From a virus: a DNA stretch of 64,000 bases. Location: the IMG/VR virus record IMGVR_UViG_3300036832_000455, positions 3,274-67,273 of that record; one strand, written 5' to 3'. Made by a program: the position numbers and the translations under genes. The number at the start of each line of letters is the position of its first letter. Position 1 is the first letter of the stretch. The notes below the pieces were generated by a model. It was not told where the DNA came from, ran no database searches, and saw only the letters and a program-made list of their open reading frames with translations. Shown here piece by piece: positions 28,290-38,034 of this stretch.

Positions 28290-29250
28290 ATGGCCTATTT
28301 CATTTACCCGGACAACGATGATAAAGAGCCGTTCCGGGGTAGGCCAAAACCGTACCATGAACAGCCGGCGGTGGACTACTGGTTCAAGCACTATCAGAAC
28401 AGCAAGTACCTCACGTTCATGGCGCAACATCGAGAAACCAGTGCCCTCGAGAGAGCTCAGGCCACAAAAGAACTTGAGGCCTGTCAAAGGAAGATGGACT
28501 ACTGGAAACGTCACGTCAACTGGAATGCAAAGCAAGCTGGCCTACTAGCACAGGAGATCGATAAGCAATGGCAGCCAAAGTAAGAACGTTCATCGTCACC
28601 ATGGAGTTCGCAGAGTCAGATGCTCCAGGAGAGGGCGACTTACAGGAAGCGATCATCATGGCGATCGACGAGAAGAACTACGCTGGACTAGAAGACCTCG
28701 GTGAGCTCATCAGTGCAGAAGCCATCCAGATCTTCAGATCGCAAGAACTCGTTGACGCCTCAGTAGAGGAGACACCCGATCAATGAACAAAGGCTACGTG
28801 ATCGACAGTAACACCCGAACGATCTTCGAGGTGCAAATCGAGACGCACGACGACATCAACAAGTACGGGGGGTACGGAAAGGACGGATTCTGTCTCGGCT
28901 GGCAATTCCCAACACGAGACGTTATGTACGTGGACGATATGGGACTGAAGAAGCCGTACAGGAATTTCTTCAGGATAATCGCGCGCTCCGATGGCCAACC
29001 ATACGCGGGGAACGGAATCGTAACTGGTCCAGATGTCTACGGCGATCCAGATGTGGACGGAGAGCCAACGTACCTTGGCACCAAAGACCCAGAGATCACC
29101 ATCGAACAGCTCACGAAAGAGATCGAGTGGCTCACGAGATCACAGTTCGCAGAGTGGGTCCACGCACAAGGCGACAGACCCTCGAAGACAATCACGACAG
29201 GAGACAGAACTATAGCACTCGAGCACTGGAAGGATTACCTGGAGAAGTAA
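28290..29250 (+). other. three hypothetical genes (28290-28583, 28568-28786 acidic, 28783-29250 DUF3846-like)
   Basis: overlapping starts/stops; third has MYVDDMGLKK...QPYAGNGIVTG. Confidence 0.5.
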
Positions 29251-29253
29251 ACA

Positions 29254-29589
29254 ATGGCTACAGCAGCAAAGGTATACAGCTACTACTTCAAGCAGACAAG
29301 TCCCATGACGTGGGAGCTAAGTAAATTCGCCGGCTCCGAAGGCGGAGACGATCCACAACCCGAACAGGTGTATCATCTAAAAGGCAACCCGTTCGAGCCG
29401 GGCAAGTGGGCTTGCGACTGTCCTGCGACTTGGGGCGGGAAGAACAGGAAGCTTGTGGAGTGCAAACACGGTGTCTGGCTGCAGCGGTGGCTGCAGATCC
29501 AACACAACGGCACCCACAAGAACCGAGTCATCTACTACAACAACGCAACGAACCGATTCCATATCCTAAAGGGTCTAGAGGTAGAGTAA
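29254..29589 (+). CDS. SWIM zinc-finger protein
   Basis: WACDCPA...CKH motif. Confidence 0.65.
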   Translation: MATAAKVYSYYFKQTSPMTWELSKFAGSEGGDDPQPEQVYHLKGNPFEPGKWACDCPATWGGKNRKLVECKHGVWLQRWLQIQHNGTHKNRVIYYNNATNRFHILKGLEVE

Positions 29590-29593
29590 CACC

Positions 29594-30166
29594 ATGGAAC
29601 GAGCAGAAGCTAGAAGGTTGGCTCAAAGTGTCCGACGATCCCCCAACCAGCGCATCCTGAACGTCTGCGGGACGTGTACTGAGTGCTGCCGTGTCCTAGC
29701 GGTCAACGAGCTCAACAAGCCCGAGGTGACCACATGCAAGCACCAGTGCAGCGGAGGATGTAACATCTACAAGCATCGACCGCCTAGCTGCCAAGGGTAT
29801 ACCTGTGTGTACCATACGTGGATGCACGATGGGGAAGCAGTCCCCTTAAGCCTCAGGCCAGACAAATCGCATGTGGTTATTGACTACATGCCCCATATGA
29901 AGTGCCACTACGTTCGAGTAGACTCGATCTATGAAAGCGCCTGGACGAAGCCGCCTGTGATCAATACCATCGTTAGTATGCTCATGCAACCTAACGTAGA
30001 GATGGTCCTGATGGTAGATGGGAATCCCAAAGGCAAGTTCAGGGTGGAAGCATTCAAACAGATGGTCAAAAAGATCAACGGTGAAGACGTCACCAAAAGA
30101 CAAGTCGAGATCGACATTGAGGAAGCAGCAAAAATTTTACGACCTGACCATCAAAATGACACTTGA
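29594..30166 (+). CDS. YkgJ/FliB-like CxxCxxCC cysteine-cluster protein
   Basis: CGTCTECC...CKH...GCNIYKHRPPSCQGYTC. Confidence 0.7.
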   Translation: MERAEARRLAQSVRRSPNQRILNVCGTCTECCRVLAVNELNKPEVTTCKHQCSGGCNIYKHRPPSCQGYTCVYHTWMHDGEAVPLSLRPDKSHVVIDYMPHMKCHYVRVDSIYESAWTKPPVINTIVSMLMQPNVEMVLMVDGNPKGKFRVEAFKQMVKKINGEDVTKRQVEIDIEEAAKILRPDHQNDT

Positions 30167-30192
30167 TTACCCCATATGACATACTATATAAT
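30143..30192 (+). promoter_or_regulatory. conserved phage promoter P7
   Basis: CCTGACCATCAAAATGACAC-TTGATT-N18-TATAAT, overlapping the end of the previous CDS. Confidence 0.7.
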
Positions 30193-30217
30193 AACAAACC
30201 AAGCAGAGGAAACTAGC

Positions 30218-30598
30218 ATGTCAGATTTTACTAAGCCCAACAGAAGAACTGGACCAAGGTTCCCAGTACCGAATATTCAAAATGCCACGTTGAGTCACCT
30301 CATCGACGAGGCAGCCAAATACCGCAGCTTGAAAGCTGAGGCCGACTTCTACGACAAGTTCTACTCAACTGCCATTAAAGCCCGCCTAGACGGGAAGAGT
30401 GAGTACGTTGGTGAGAACTACATTGCAGCACTGACGGTTAGCTACACCGCACGTATTAGCCCGGATCTCTGTAGGGAACTACTCGACGATGACACATTAG
30501 CTAAGGTCACAGTAACAGGAGAGACTGTCACGCTACGATTCGTCAAGAAGTACGAGCAGCCACAGTTGGCTAAACAGGAGACTACCGATGGACACTAA
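30218..30598 (+). CDS. hypothetical protein
   Basis: start moved to ATG after GAGGA. Confidence 0.55.
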   Translation: MSDFTKPNRRTGPRFPVPNIQNATLSHLIDEAAKYRSLKAEADFYDKFYSTAIKARLDGKSEYVGENYIAALTVSYTARISPDLCRELLDDDTLAKVTVTGETVTLRFVKKYEQPQLAKQETTDGH

Positions 30599-30995
30599 CT
30601 TGACAAATGCTGAAGCGCTGGCGAACCTTTCGCCGGCAGCAATCAACGCTGACACGAACATAGTCACGCCCGATGACTTGCTGCTGCGTGAGAAGATGAT
30701 GTTCCTTCTCACGATCTACCCGAAGCTGACGCCAACTATGTTGCACGTCGGTATCGGCCCTCACGTGCGTCCACAGATGTGGAGGCCTGTGATGGAGGCG
30801 TTGATCCGTGAAAGAAAAGTCAAAAGGACAGGCGTTAGCGTCTACACGCCGAAGGGTCAGTACAGGACTTATACGATCCTGGAACTTAATACTCCAATGA
30901 CTCTGGAGCAGTGGACGGAGTTGTTCCGAACTCGTGGTACCTCAGCCGAGCTAGCGGATGCTATCGCTCGGGAGGGTGAGGATGCTACTATGTAA
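30588..30995 (+). CDS. hypothetical protein (possible winged helix)
   Basis: AGGAG SD; WRPVMEALIRERKVKR. Confidence 0.5.
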   Translation: MDTNLTNAEALANLSPAAINADTNIVTPDDLLLREKMMFLLTIYPKLTPTMLHVGIGPHVRPQMWRPVMEALIRERKVKRTGVSVYTPKGQYRTYTILELNTPMTLEQWTELFRTRGTSAELADAIAREGEDATM

Positions 30996-31079
30996 TCGAC
31001 TCGCCCGAAATTAACTAACACGACGAACAGCTAGGCTCTAGACTAGTAACCTAGAGCCAGAAGGGGGAAGCTATCTTTC

Positions 31080-33734
31080 ATGTCAGGCCCAGACCAAGAC
31101 GATCCCAAGCCCGACGACAACGTTTATAGCATAAAGGGCGACAAGATTTCGAACCTATTGCCAGAGGAGATCACGAATGACCTGAAGAAGTCGGGGCTTC
31201 ATCCAGAGGATATGCGCATTAGGATGGTAGATCCTAGTGAAAAGGCTGCATGCAATTGCGGTATGGCCACCAGAGGCTACGTCATTCCATACTTTGACAG
31301 TAAGGGACAACCTACTGACTTCTACAGATTGAAAGTCTTGAACCCTGAGGTCGAGAACGGTGCTAAGTACAAACAACCCCGACGGACCAGTAATCAATTA
31401 TACTTCCCACCTAACTTTCTCCCAACACTAGTCAGCTGGTGCACCGACCATGCTACCCATAAGCTCCTGATCATCACTGAAGGGGAGAAGAAGGCTGCCT
31501 GTGCAACTAGCGTCGGCATCCCATGCGTAGCTCTGAGCGGCGTTGACAGTTGGAGAAACAAGACAATCGAGCTGCCGAGCGACACAGAGTTAACGGCGGG
31601 TAAGAAAACCATTAAGGCAAAACTGCCTAGCTCTCACCTTGCAAATACGGATATGCTTACTCTGGCTACAGGGTTCGAAGACCTTATTGGCCTGATCATT
31701 CAGCACGGTCTGAAGGTGGTGATCATCTTCGACTCGGACATTGACGGGGATCTCAAGCTGGAGGTTCAGAAGGCTGCGACGCAACTAGCGTACGAACTGC
31801 GGTATCGAGGGGTCCGTACGGACAGTATAAAACTTCTGAAACTGCCTTCACATTCTGTGGCTACGGGTGCTAAGACAGGTCTAGACGACTACATTATGTG
31901 GGCGGCGGCATACAACCTGACAAAGCTTCTACTTAAGGTATACGACGACATTTCAGCGTTTCCTAGACATCCGGACATCATGGGATACCTGAATACGAGA
32001 CTGAACAACTCTACGGACCGTAAGACGCTTGTTCAAGTCGCACACGTGATACTGTGTGAACTCGACGCTCGAGGCATGAGGTTCAGAGAGCGGTCTACTG
32101 GCAAGCCTTACTACTTCCACCGAGAATCGAATCGGTTGATGGCAGCCGAGATCGCTACTAGGCATGGAGAGCCTTGGCACGAGACAGCTTTTGGAACCTT
32201 TATGTATCAACAGTTCGGTCTGCATATAGGCGACAAGAGAGTTATGGAGCCTCTTGCAAGTCAGTTTACCGGTGAGTCTCCTATTACAACAGTTACTCCT
32301 CATCGCGTTCGTGCCCTGATAACCGAGCATGAAGACCCGTACAACCCTCATGGCATCGCAATACAGGTCAGCAATGATCATTACATTGCAGTCTCGCCCG
32401 ATCCCAGCAAACCTGTGGAGTTATGTGAGAACGGCAAAAAGGGAATCATGTTCGAGCAGAGAGATAAGCCGATACCTTTTCCCCTCGACTACGACAGAGT
32501 GGTCGACCTCTTCTACGAAATGATAGGCGAAGGTGCGGTACTGAAGCCGTGGTGGCTTGAGGTAGTCAATAAGACTAACCTAGGCAGGATACTAGAGCCG
32601 TCTGATCTCTGTGAGGAGGATAAAGGTGAGCAGCAGCAGCAGAAGAAGCAGCCTACCCAATCCGAGGCCGATCAGATGCGTCGACTGTTCACGCTACTCC
32701 GGTACGTCTCACCCTGGCTTCACAGGTGGCGAGACGTGCAACTACCTATAGAAATCATGTTAGGAGAGGCTGGATCGGGTAAGACCAGTCTGTATGAGCT
32801 CGCTCTGAGCATCGTCAATGGGGATCCGAATCTTCCTGGTGCGCCAAGAGACATTAGAGACTGGCAAGCAATCGTAGGATCATCCGGAGGGTTGATAGTA
32901 TTCGATAACGTCAACTGGTCTAACCAGCACATCAAGCAGGAGATCAGTGATGACATGTGCAGACTAACTACAGAGCCAGACCCTCATATTGAGCAACGTA
33001 AGCTCTATACTGATTCAACTGTCATACGCATTCCTGTAGATGCAAATCTCGCATTTACATCCATACGTCAACCCTTCAGAAACCAAGACCTCTTCCAACG
33101 GGCAGTAATCTTCGAATTGGTCATTGCAGCAGAGAACCTACCTGAAGGTGGATGGGCAAAGAGCATGCTCGAGGAGTACGGTGGTCGTGAATACTGGATG
33201 GCTCATCACCTAGTATTCCTCCACCGCTTCCTACGCATAGGAGCTACCGAACAGGGATGGGACCCAAAGTTCCCAACGACAAACAGGTTGGCCCATCTCG
33301 AGCAGGTACTGAAGATAGCCGCAGAGGTCCTAGGACTGACAGATACCAAAGTGCCTATAGGCAAGACTATACAACTAACTCAGGCGAAGGCGTTCACTGA
33401 TGCAGACTGGACTTTCTCGGCACTTCAGAAGTGGATAGATCACATACGATCCGAACAGAACTATAACCCCAGGAAGAGACATAGGGTCAACGAGATCGTC
33501 GACTGGGCAGAGGAAGACGAGGAGATTTCCAAGAACCCAATGATGGTAAGCAGCCACAAGCTAGGCAGGTGGCTGTCGGACAATCACGCAATGCTTGAAC
33601 GTAGCGTCGGCCTGAAGTATTCAGGGATACAAGGCAATGCGAAGACATACCAGGTATGGTCACGTGCTATGATGGAGTTCGACGCCAGCGATCTCAAAAA
33701 AGAGATTGATGGTCGCCCTCAAAAAGACAGTTGA
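31080..33734 (+). CDS. primase-helicase (DUF3854/TOPRIM + P-loop NTPase)
   Basis: KYKQP, IITEGEKKA, VALSGVDSW, IIFDSD, KTGLDDY; Walker A GEAGSGKT. Confidence 0.8.
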   Translation: MSGPDQDDPKPDDNVYSIKGDKISNLLPEEITNDLKKSGLHPEDMRIRMVDPSEKAACNCGMATRGYVIPYFDSKGQPTDFYRLKVLNPEVENGAKYKQPRRTSNQLYFPPNFLPTLVSWCTDHATHKLLIITEGEKKAACATSVGIPCVALSGVDSWRNKTIELPSDTELTAGKKTIKAKLPSSHLANTDMLTLATGFEDLIGLIIQHGLKVVIIFDSDIDGDLKLEVQKAATQLAYELRYRGVRTDSIKLLKLPSHSVATGAKTGLDDYIMWAAAYNLTKLLLKVYDDISAFPRHPDIMGYLNTRLNNSTDRKTLVQVAHVILCELDARGMRFRERSTGKPYYFHRESNRLMAAEIATRHGEPWHETAFGTFMYQQFGLHIGDKRVMEPLASQFTGESPITTVTPHRVRALITEHEDPYNPHGIAIQVSNDHYIAVSPDPSKPVELCENGKKGIMFEQRDKPIPFPLDYDRVVDLFYEMIGEGAVLKPWWLEVVNKTNLGRILEPSDLCEEDKGEQQQQKKQPTQSEADQMRRLFTLLRYVSPWLHRWRDVQLPIEIMLGEAGSGKTSLYELALSIVNGDPNLPGAPRDIRDWQAIVGSSGGLIVFDNVNWSNQHIKQEISDDMCRLTTEPDPHIEQRKLYTDSTVIRIPVDANLAFTSIRQPFRNQDLFQRAVIFELVIAAENLPEGGWAKSMLEEYGGREYWMAHHLVFLHRFLRIGATEQGWDPKFPTTNRLAHLEQVLKIAAEVLGLTDTKVPIGKTIQLTQAKAFTDADWTFSALQKWIDHIRSEQNYNPRKRHRVNEIVDWAEEDEEISKNPMMVSSHKLGRWLSDNHAMLERSVGLKYSGIQGNAKTYQVWSRAMMEFDASDLKKEIDGRPQKDS

Positions 33735-33760
33735 TTGACCACTATGGATTCCTATATAAT
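33711..33760 (+). promoter_or_regulatory. conserved phage promoter P8
   Basis: GGTCGCCCTCAAAAAGACAG-TTGATT-N18-TATAAT. Confidence 0.65.
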
Positions 33761-33834
33761 CATCATGTACAGAGGAAAGCAACTGACTACTAACCTCCAA
33801 CCCTCAACCCCCTCTGGACAAAGGAGATACACAC

Positions 33835-34221
33835 ATGAGTAGTACTACTGCACAGCCGACTCCGGCCGAAGTGACTGCAGAGGCTCAGCGGAAGGCCGCC
33901 GAGGCCGATGCGAGCGGGAAGGACGGAGCGAAGATCCTTCTGCAGAACGGCATGGCGCGGATCGATTACATCCGGGCCCGTTGGAAGGACGGTGTCAGCC
34001 GCGGGCAGATCACCAAGGAGGTGAATCAGCTGCGTATGGGCGGAACGAAGGAGGTTCAGTACCAGATCATCTTCAGCGCCACCAAGGACGTTCCTGGTGG
34101 TCCGCCGAAGGGGTCGCCGGAAGCCGCAGCCGATCAAAAAGCCGCAGAGCACGCAAGCTCACACGGTGCGACGCAGACGAACGCGAATCCCGAGAGCGTG
34201 GTCGAAGAGCCTGCTGCGTAA
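33835..34221 (+). CDS. possible distant HTH paralog 5
   Basis: RIDYIRARWKDGVSRGQITKEVN...VQYQIIF aligns loosely with KIRYL..KGY.R.QIA..LNIRYQ. Confidence 0.5.
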   Translation: MSSTTAQPTPAEVTAEAQRKAAEADASGKDGAKILLQNGMARIDYIRARWKDGVSRGQITKEVNQLRMGGTKEVQYQIIFSATKDVPGGPPKGSPEAAADQKAAEHASSHGATQTNANPESVVEEPAA

Positions 34222-34229
34222 CCACCGAC

Positions 34230-34745
34230 GTGATCAGCTTTGACGAGCTGGTGATGGTACGACAGGAGCGTCTCAAACTTAGGGACGCTCCCGTTCGACT
34301 GCTCTGTTTCGATCCGGGACTGACTACGGGTGCCTGCGTGTTCGAGAGAACCAAACCTCGACACGCAGTGCATCTGCCTACAGCTAGCGTAGACTTTGGG
34401 CTAAAGTGCTACACAAGAATGTTCGATACCTACAGCCCCACGGAAGTGGTCATGGAAGACTACAAGGTCTATCCACACTACGCCAAGCAACACATTGGCA
34501 GCTCTCTGCTGACCCCCAGGTTGATCGGCATGATCGAGACCATATGCAGTCAGCGTGACATCCCATACCACAAACAGATGGCTGGTGAGCCCAAGCAGTT
34601 CGTGACGGACAGCAAGCTCCGAGCCTGGGGCTTCTATGCTATCGGTCTCAAGCATGCACGTGATGCGCTACGCCACGGCTGCTTCTACATCCTCTTCCCA
34701 CCGAAGAACAAGACCTCAGAGACCATAAGACATCATGTAGGATAA
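34230..34745 (+). CDS. RuvC-like Holliday junction resolvase
   Basis: LCFDPGLTTG, VVMEDY, HARDALRH; start uncertain. Confidence 0.7.
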   Translation: MISFDELVMVRQERLKLRDAPVRLLCFDPGLTTGACVFERTKPRHAVHLPTASVDFGLKCYTRMFDTYSPTEVVMEDYKVYPHYAKQHIGSSLLTPRLIGMIETICSQRDIPYHKQMAGEPKQFVTDSKLRAWGFYAIGLKHARDALRHGCFYILFPPKNKTSETIRHHVG

Positions 34746-34752
34746 ACAACAC

Positions 34753-35355
34753 ATGTCAGGAAGAAGGCGGCTTAACGGTACGTTCATCGGCTTCTGCGGA
34801 GCTGGAGGAACGGGAAAGACAACCACCGCCAAACTCCTGGCACCTAAGATCGGTCACACCTTCCTGCCCAGTGCAGCCCGAAGTGTCTTCGCAAAGATGA
34901 GTCCTAGATTCGGCGAACAAGACCAAGACCGCTTAACTCCCGCTCAGAGGTGGGGCCTTCAACAATCTATCCAGATCGCCCATATGGAGCAGATGGCCAA
35001 CCACTTCGGCGAGAAGATGTTGTGTGACCGGACTCAGATAGACCAGTACGTCTATGCGTTGCAGTACTGCTCCGAGACGCTCAACGTAGTGGACATCAAG
35101 TGGTTACATGACCTTGTAGAACGGGCTCTACAGTTCTACAGGATCATCTTCTACTTTCCTCTGACAGACTTCCCCGGCCATGACGATGGGATGAGGACGG
35201 TACAACCAGCGCGTCGATTGGCCTTTGACTGTATGTTGTGGGGTGTGCTCAGTAACTTCCAGATCCAGGTAACACCAGTTCCGGTGTTGTGCCCCGAAGA
35301 CCGAGCCCATTTCATCATGGCTCATCTCAATCCCGGTAGGATCTCGTCCCTGTGA
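34753..35355 (+). CDS. P-loop nucleoside/nucleotide kinase-like ATPase (AAA_28/NadR type)
   Basis: GFCGAGGTGKTT, CDRTQIDQYVY. Confidence 0.65.
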   Translation: MSGRRRLNGTFIGFCGAGGTGKTTTAKLLAPKIGHTFLPSAARSVFAKMSPRFGEQDQDRLTPAQRWGLQQSIQIAHMEQMANHFGEKMLCDRTQIDQYVYALQYCSETLNVVDIKWLHDLVERALQFYRIIFYFPLTDFPGHDDGMRTVQPARRLAFDCMLWGVLSNFQIQVTPVPVLCPEDRAHFIMAHLNPGRISSL

Positions 35356-35438
35356 CGGCTTCGCCGATACTATCTGTTTGTTCCCCCGTTTAGGGGCACT
35401 TGTTCGTACTTGTGAGGAGGGATCACAAAAATCTTTGG

Positions 35439-35488
35439 ACCGACTATCATTTTGACTCTTGATGTTCCTATGGACTTTGTGTTATAAT
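35439..35488 (+). promoter_or_regulatory. conserved phage promoter P9
   Basis: ACCGACTATCATTTTGACTC-TTGATG-N18-TATAAT. Confidence 0.75.
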
Positions 35489-35523
35489 AAGGGGTAAAAT
35501 AAAGCAGAGGAACAATACAGACC

Positions 35524-36819
35524 ATGTTTAAGTACGGATGTCCATTCTGTGGCGAGATCGCGGGGTTGAAGGAAACTTCAATCCACGTACAATGTAGAAG
35601 GTGCGGGGCTGTAGGACCCTACCTTGCATTCGGGACAGCAACACCAACAGAAGCAGCTGACCCCACCGAGCTCTGGAACATCAGAAAAGCCCTCGCAGAC
35701 ATCGAGGTACGGATCTCTAGGGAAGAGCTGCTGGCAGCTCAGCGCATCTACAGGAGGGTGGATGGTTTCGTAGAGGGAGCTAAGCGAACTCAGTTCTGCG
35801 TGATAGTCCCTTGCACATCCCAGAAGACGGAGTTGCCTAACCTGGAGGTAACACTTGCATCGATGCGTCCCGCCATCCAAGACGAACTGCAGAAGCAATG
35901 GCTGGAGCGGATCTCAAAAGAAACCCCAAAGGTAACGGCACGCAACATGTATGCAGGCCGAAGCGTCAGGATACTTGCTCCGCTGGCGATGGCGAACGAA
36001 GCCGATATGTACATCGTATCGACAGGAGTAGGTTTGACTGCAGCGGATCAAAACATCCCAGCGTACGATCTAACGTTGCACCGTGACTCGGATTCCTCCC
36101 TCTACAGGAAGGTACTGGGTCCATTCAACCCTAGAGGTTGGTGGAAGGGGATGCAGGAGTCACCGTACAACACTCCGCTCAAAACGATTGTCCAAGAGAA
36201 CCAGAATGCAGTGATCATCCTAGCGCTGTCAGATGACTTCATGGACATGATGTACGACGATCTTGAAGAGGTCAGCAAACTAGACCCAAGTGTGACTGAC
36301 AGGATAAGGATCATTGGTATAGGTGCAGTTCCTCCTACCCTTCAAAAATGCGTCCTTCCTTATTCGGAAGTGTCCACCAGAGGTACACTAAGGCCGGGCT
36401 CACGTCTCGACTTCTCATACAGAGCTGCACACCACTACATCAGCGAGTGGCTGCTCACAGACGAACGTAACCCAGCAGATCACACGAGCTGCGTAAGCTG
36501 GGTAAAGGGAGTCAGTCCAGCCCAGATACAAACGTTCACTGCTCTTGGGGAAACTAACGGGTTCGTCAGAGCATCAGCTACCTACACAGTGGGGAGCTAT
36601 GACAGCGAGCGCGGAGGGGGACTCGGAGTCGGACGGCCTCAGATCCACGGCGATCAGATGATCATGGATCTGATTAGGGAGAGAGGGCTAGCAAGGCTAG
36701 CGATCACCACAGGGCTGGCGTCACTGAGAGCTCAGGGGATATCGTGCTCCAACGCCAGATACACCAGGCTGCTTGATATAGCCAGGAGAGAGACGGTAAT
36801 GGAAGGAGTACCAACATGA
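35524..36819 (+). CDS. Lar-like Zn finger fused to YaaA/DUF6884 (DpdC-like) domain
   Basis: CPFCG...VQCRRCGAVGP...WNIR at the N-terminus; IVPCTSQK, ARNMYAGR, YIVSTGVGL, IPAYDLTL in the body. Confidence 0.55.
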   Translation: MFKYGCPFCGEIAGLKETSIHVQCRRCGAVGPYLAFGTATPTEAADPTELWNIRKALADIEVRISREELLAAQRIYRRVDGFVEGAKRTQFCVIVPCTSQKTELPNLEVTLASMRPAIQDELQKQWLERISKETPKVTARNMYAGRSVRILAPLAMANEADMYIVSTGVGLTAADQNIPAYDLTLHRDSDSSLYRKVLGPFNPRGWWKGMQESPYNTPLKTIVQENQNAVIILALSDDFMDMMYDDLEEVSKLDPSVTDRIRIIGIGAVPPTLQKCVLPYSEVSTRGTLRPGSRLDFSYRAAHHYISEWLLTDERNPADHTSCVSWVKGVSPAQIQTFTALGETNGFVRASATYTVGSYDSERGGGLGVGRPQIHGDQMIMDLIRERGLARLAITTGLASLRAQGISCSNARYTRLLDIARRETVMEGVPT

Positions 36820-37232
36820 TTCTGATGAGGTACGACGAAGAGACGAATGCAGCAACCAGAGTGCTTGACACAACAAAGATCGTCACTGTCGACAATGATG
36901 GGGAGGGCTACTTTACCTGCTACACGGAAGAGGGCGAGTTCTACTTCGTCCTAACGGCAGCAGAGCGTGACGTGATCATCGGTGCCGGTACTGCGGTGGA
37001 GGAGTAGCACAGCATGCTAGACTGGGGAGACTGGCCAACATGCTTGAGGCAGAGAGACAACTGTCAGCAGCTAGTACACCCAGAGCGGTGGAGGCTCGGC
37101 TATCACTGGTGCCCGGCATGTGCGGACGGTAAGCACTACTTCCCCAGTATCCAGATGCACAAAAGCAATGCCGTCCTGATAACCTCCAAGGAGCAGGCGA
37201 GGTATACTGGTTCGAAGACACCACGTGACTGA
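36816..37232 (+). other. two small hypothetical genes (36816-37007; 37014-37232 with CxxC)
   Basis: SD sequences, tight packing. Confidence 0.45.
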
Positions 37233-37253
37233 CAGTAATGGGAGACTGCAATC

Positions 37254-37514
37254 ATGATGCATGCGACGGCAAGAGCCAAAGTTGAAGGCGCTCAAGACGT
37301 TTTAGTCGTAGGGCTTACCTTCAAAGAGCTCGAAGTACTTAGGAAAGGGCCTACAGGTTCGCACTACACTATATATGGTAGGAAGTCTGGGTTGCCCGTC
37401 AGCGTAATGATCTTTGCGGCAGAAACCGAAGCACACATGTCTCATTACATAGAAAGTCTTGACTGCTTCGGAGGGTACAGTTCGGTTCAGATAGATGACG
37501 ACCTCAAACAGTAA
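37254..37514 (+). CDS. hypothetical protein, paralog of 38969-39217
   Basis: shared GLTFxxL and IF...TEAH motifs. Confidence 0.55.
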   Translation: MMHATARAKVEGAQDVLVVGLTFKELEVLRKGPTGSHYTIYGRKSGLPVSVMIFAAETEAHMSHYIESLDCFGGYSSVQIDDDLKQ

Positions 37515-38034
37515 GAAGCGACTGAGGAAGCCTAATAAGCGCAAGGGTACGAAAGCGGACTTGCGCAAGCGTACCTACATGAGCTGGTCGAACATGCTTG
37601 AGCGTTGTTACAACCCTAAGCATCAAGGATACCCTGAGTATGGCGAACGAGGAATCACCGTCCACGCCCTCTGGAACCCGAGATCCCTGGAAAAACTGGG
37701 TCACCCCAAAGAAGCTTGCCGAAGCATCGCGTTCAGAAACTTCCTCGAACACGTCGGGATTAAACCCTCTTGGCGACACACTCTTGATCGTATCTCTGCA
37801 GAGGGAAATTATGCTCCTGGCAATGTGCAGTGGGCTACACCGAAGGAACAAGGCGTTAACAAACGTGATACTCATTTTGTCCTCCATCCTCGTAGCGGTG
37901 TTCGTATCGCTGCTGCTACCTTGGCTGACGAGATGAAGATAACCTACCACCAGTTACGTATCAAGATGATCAAGGACGGCTCTTGGTACGCACTTCGTTT
38001 TGAATCCGTCCAGATTAAGGAACCAACCAAATGA
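37495..38034 (+). CDS. HNH-type endonuclease (homing-like)
   Basis: SWSNMLERCYNP..YPEYGERGITV...TLDRI..GNYAPGNVQWAT. Confidence 0.75.
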   Translation: MTTSNSKKRLRKPNKRKGTKADLRKRTYMSWSNMLERCYNPKHQGYPEYGERGITVHALWNPRSLEKLGHPKEACRSIAFRNFLEHVGIKPSWRHTLDRISAEGNYAPGNVQWATPKEQGVNKRDTHFVLHPRSGVRIAAATLADEMKITYHQLRIKMIKDGSWYALRFESVQIKEPTK

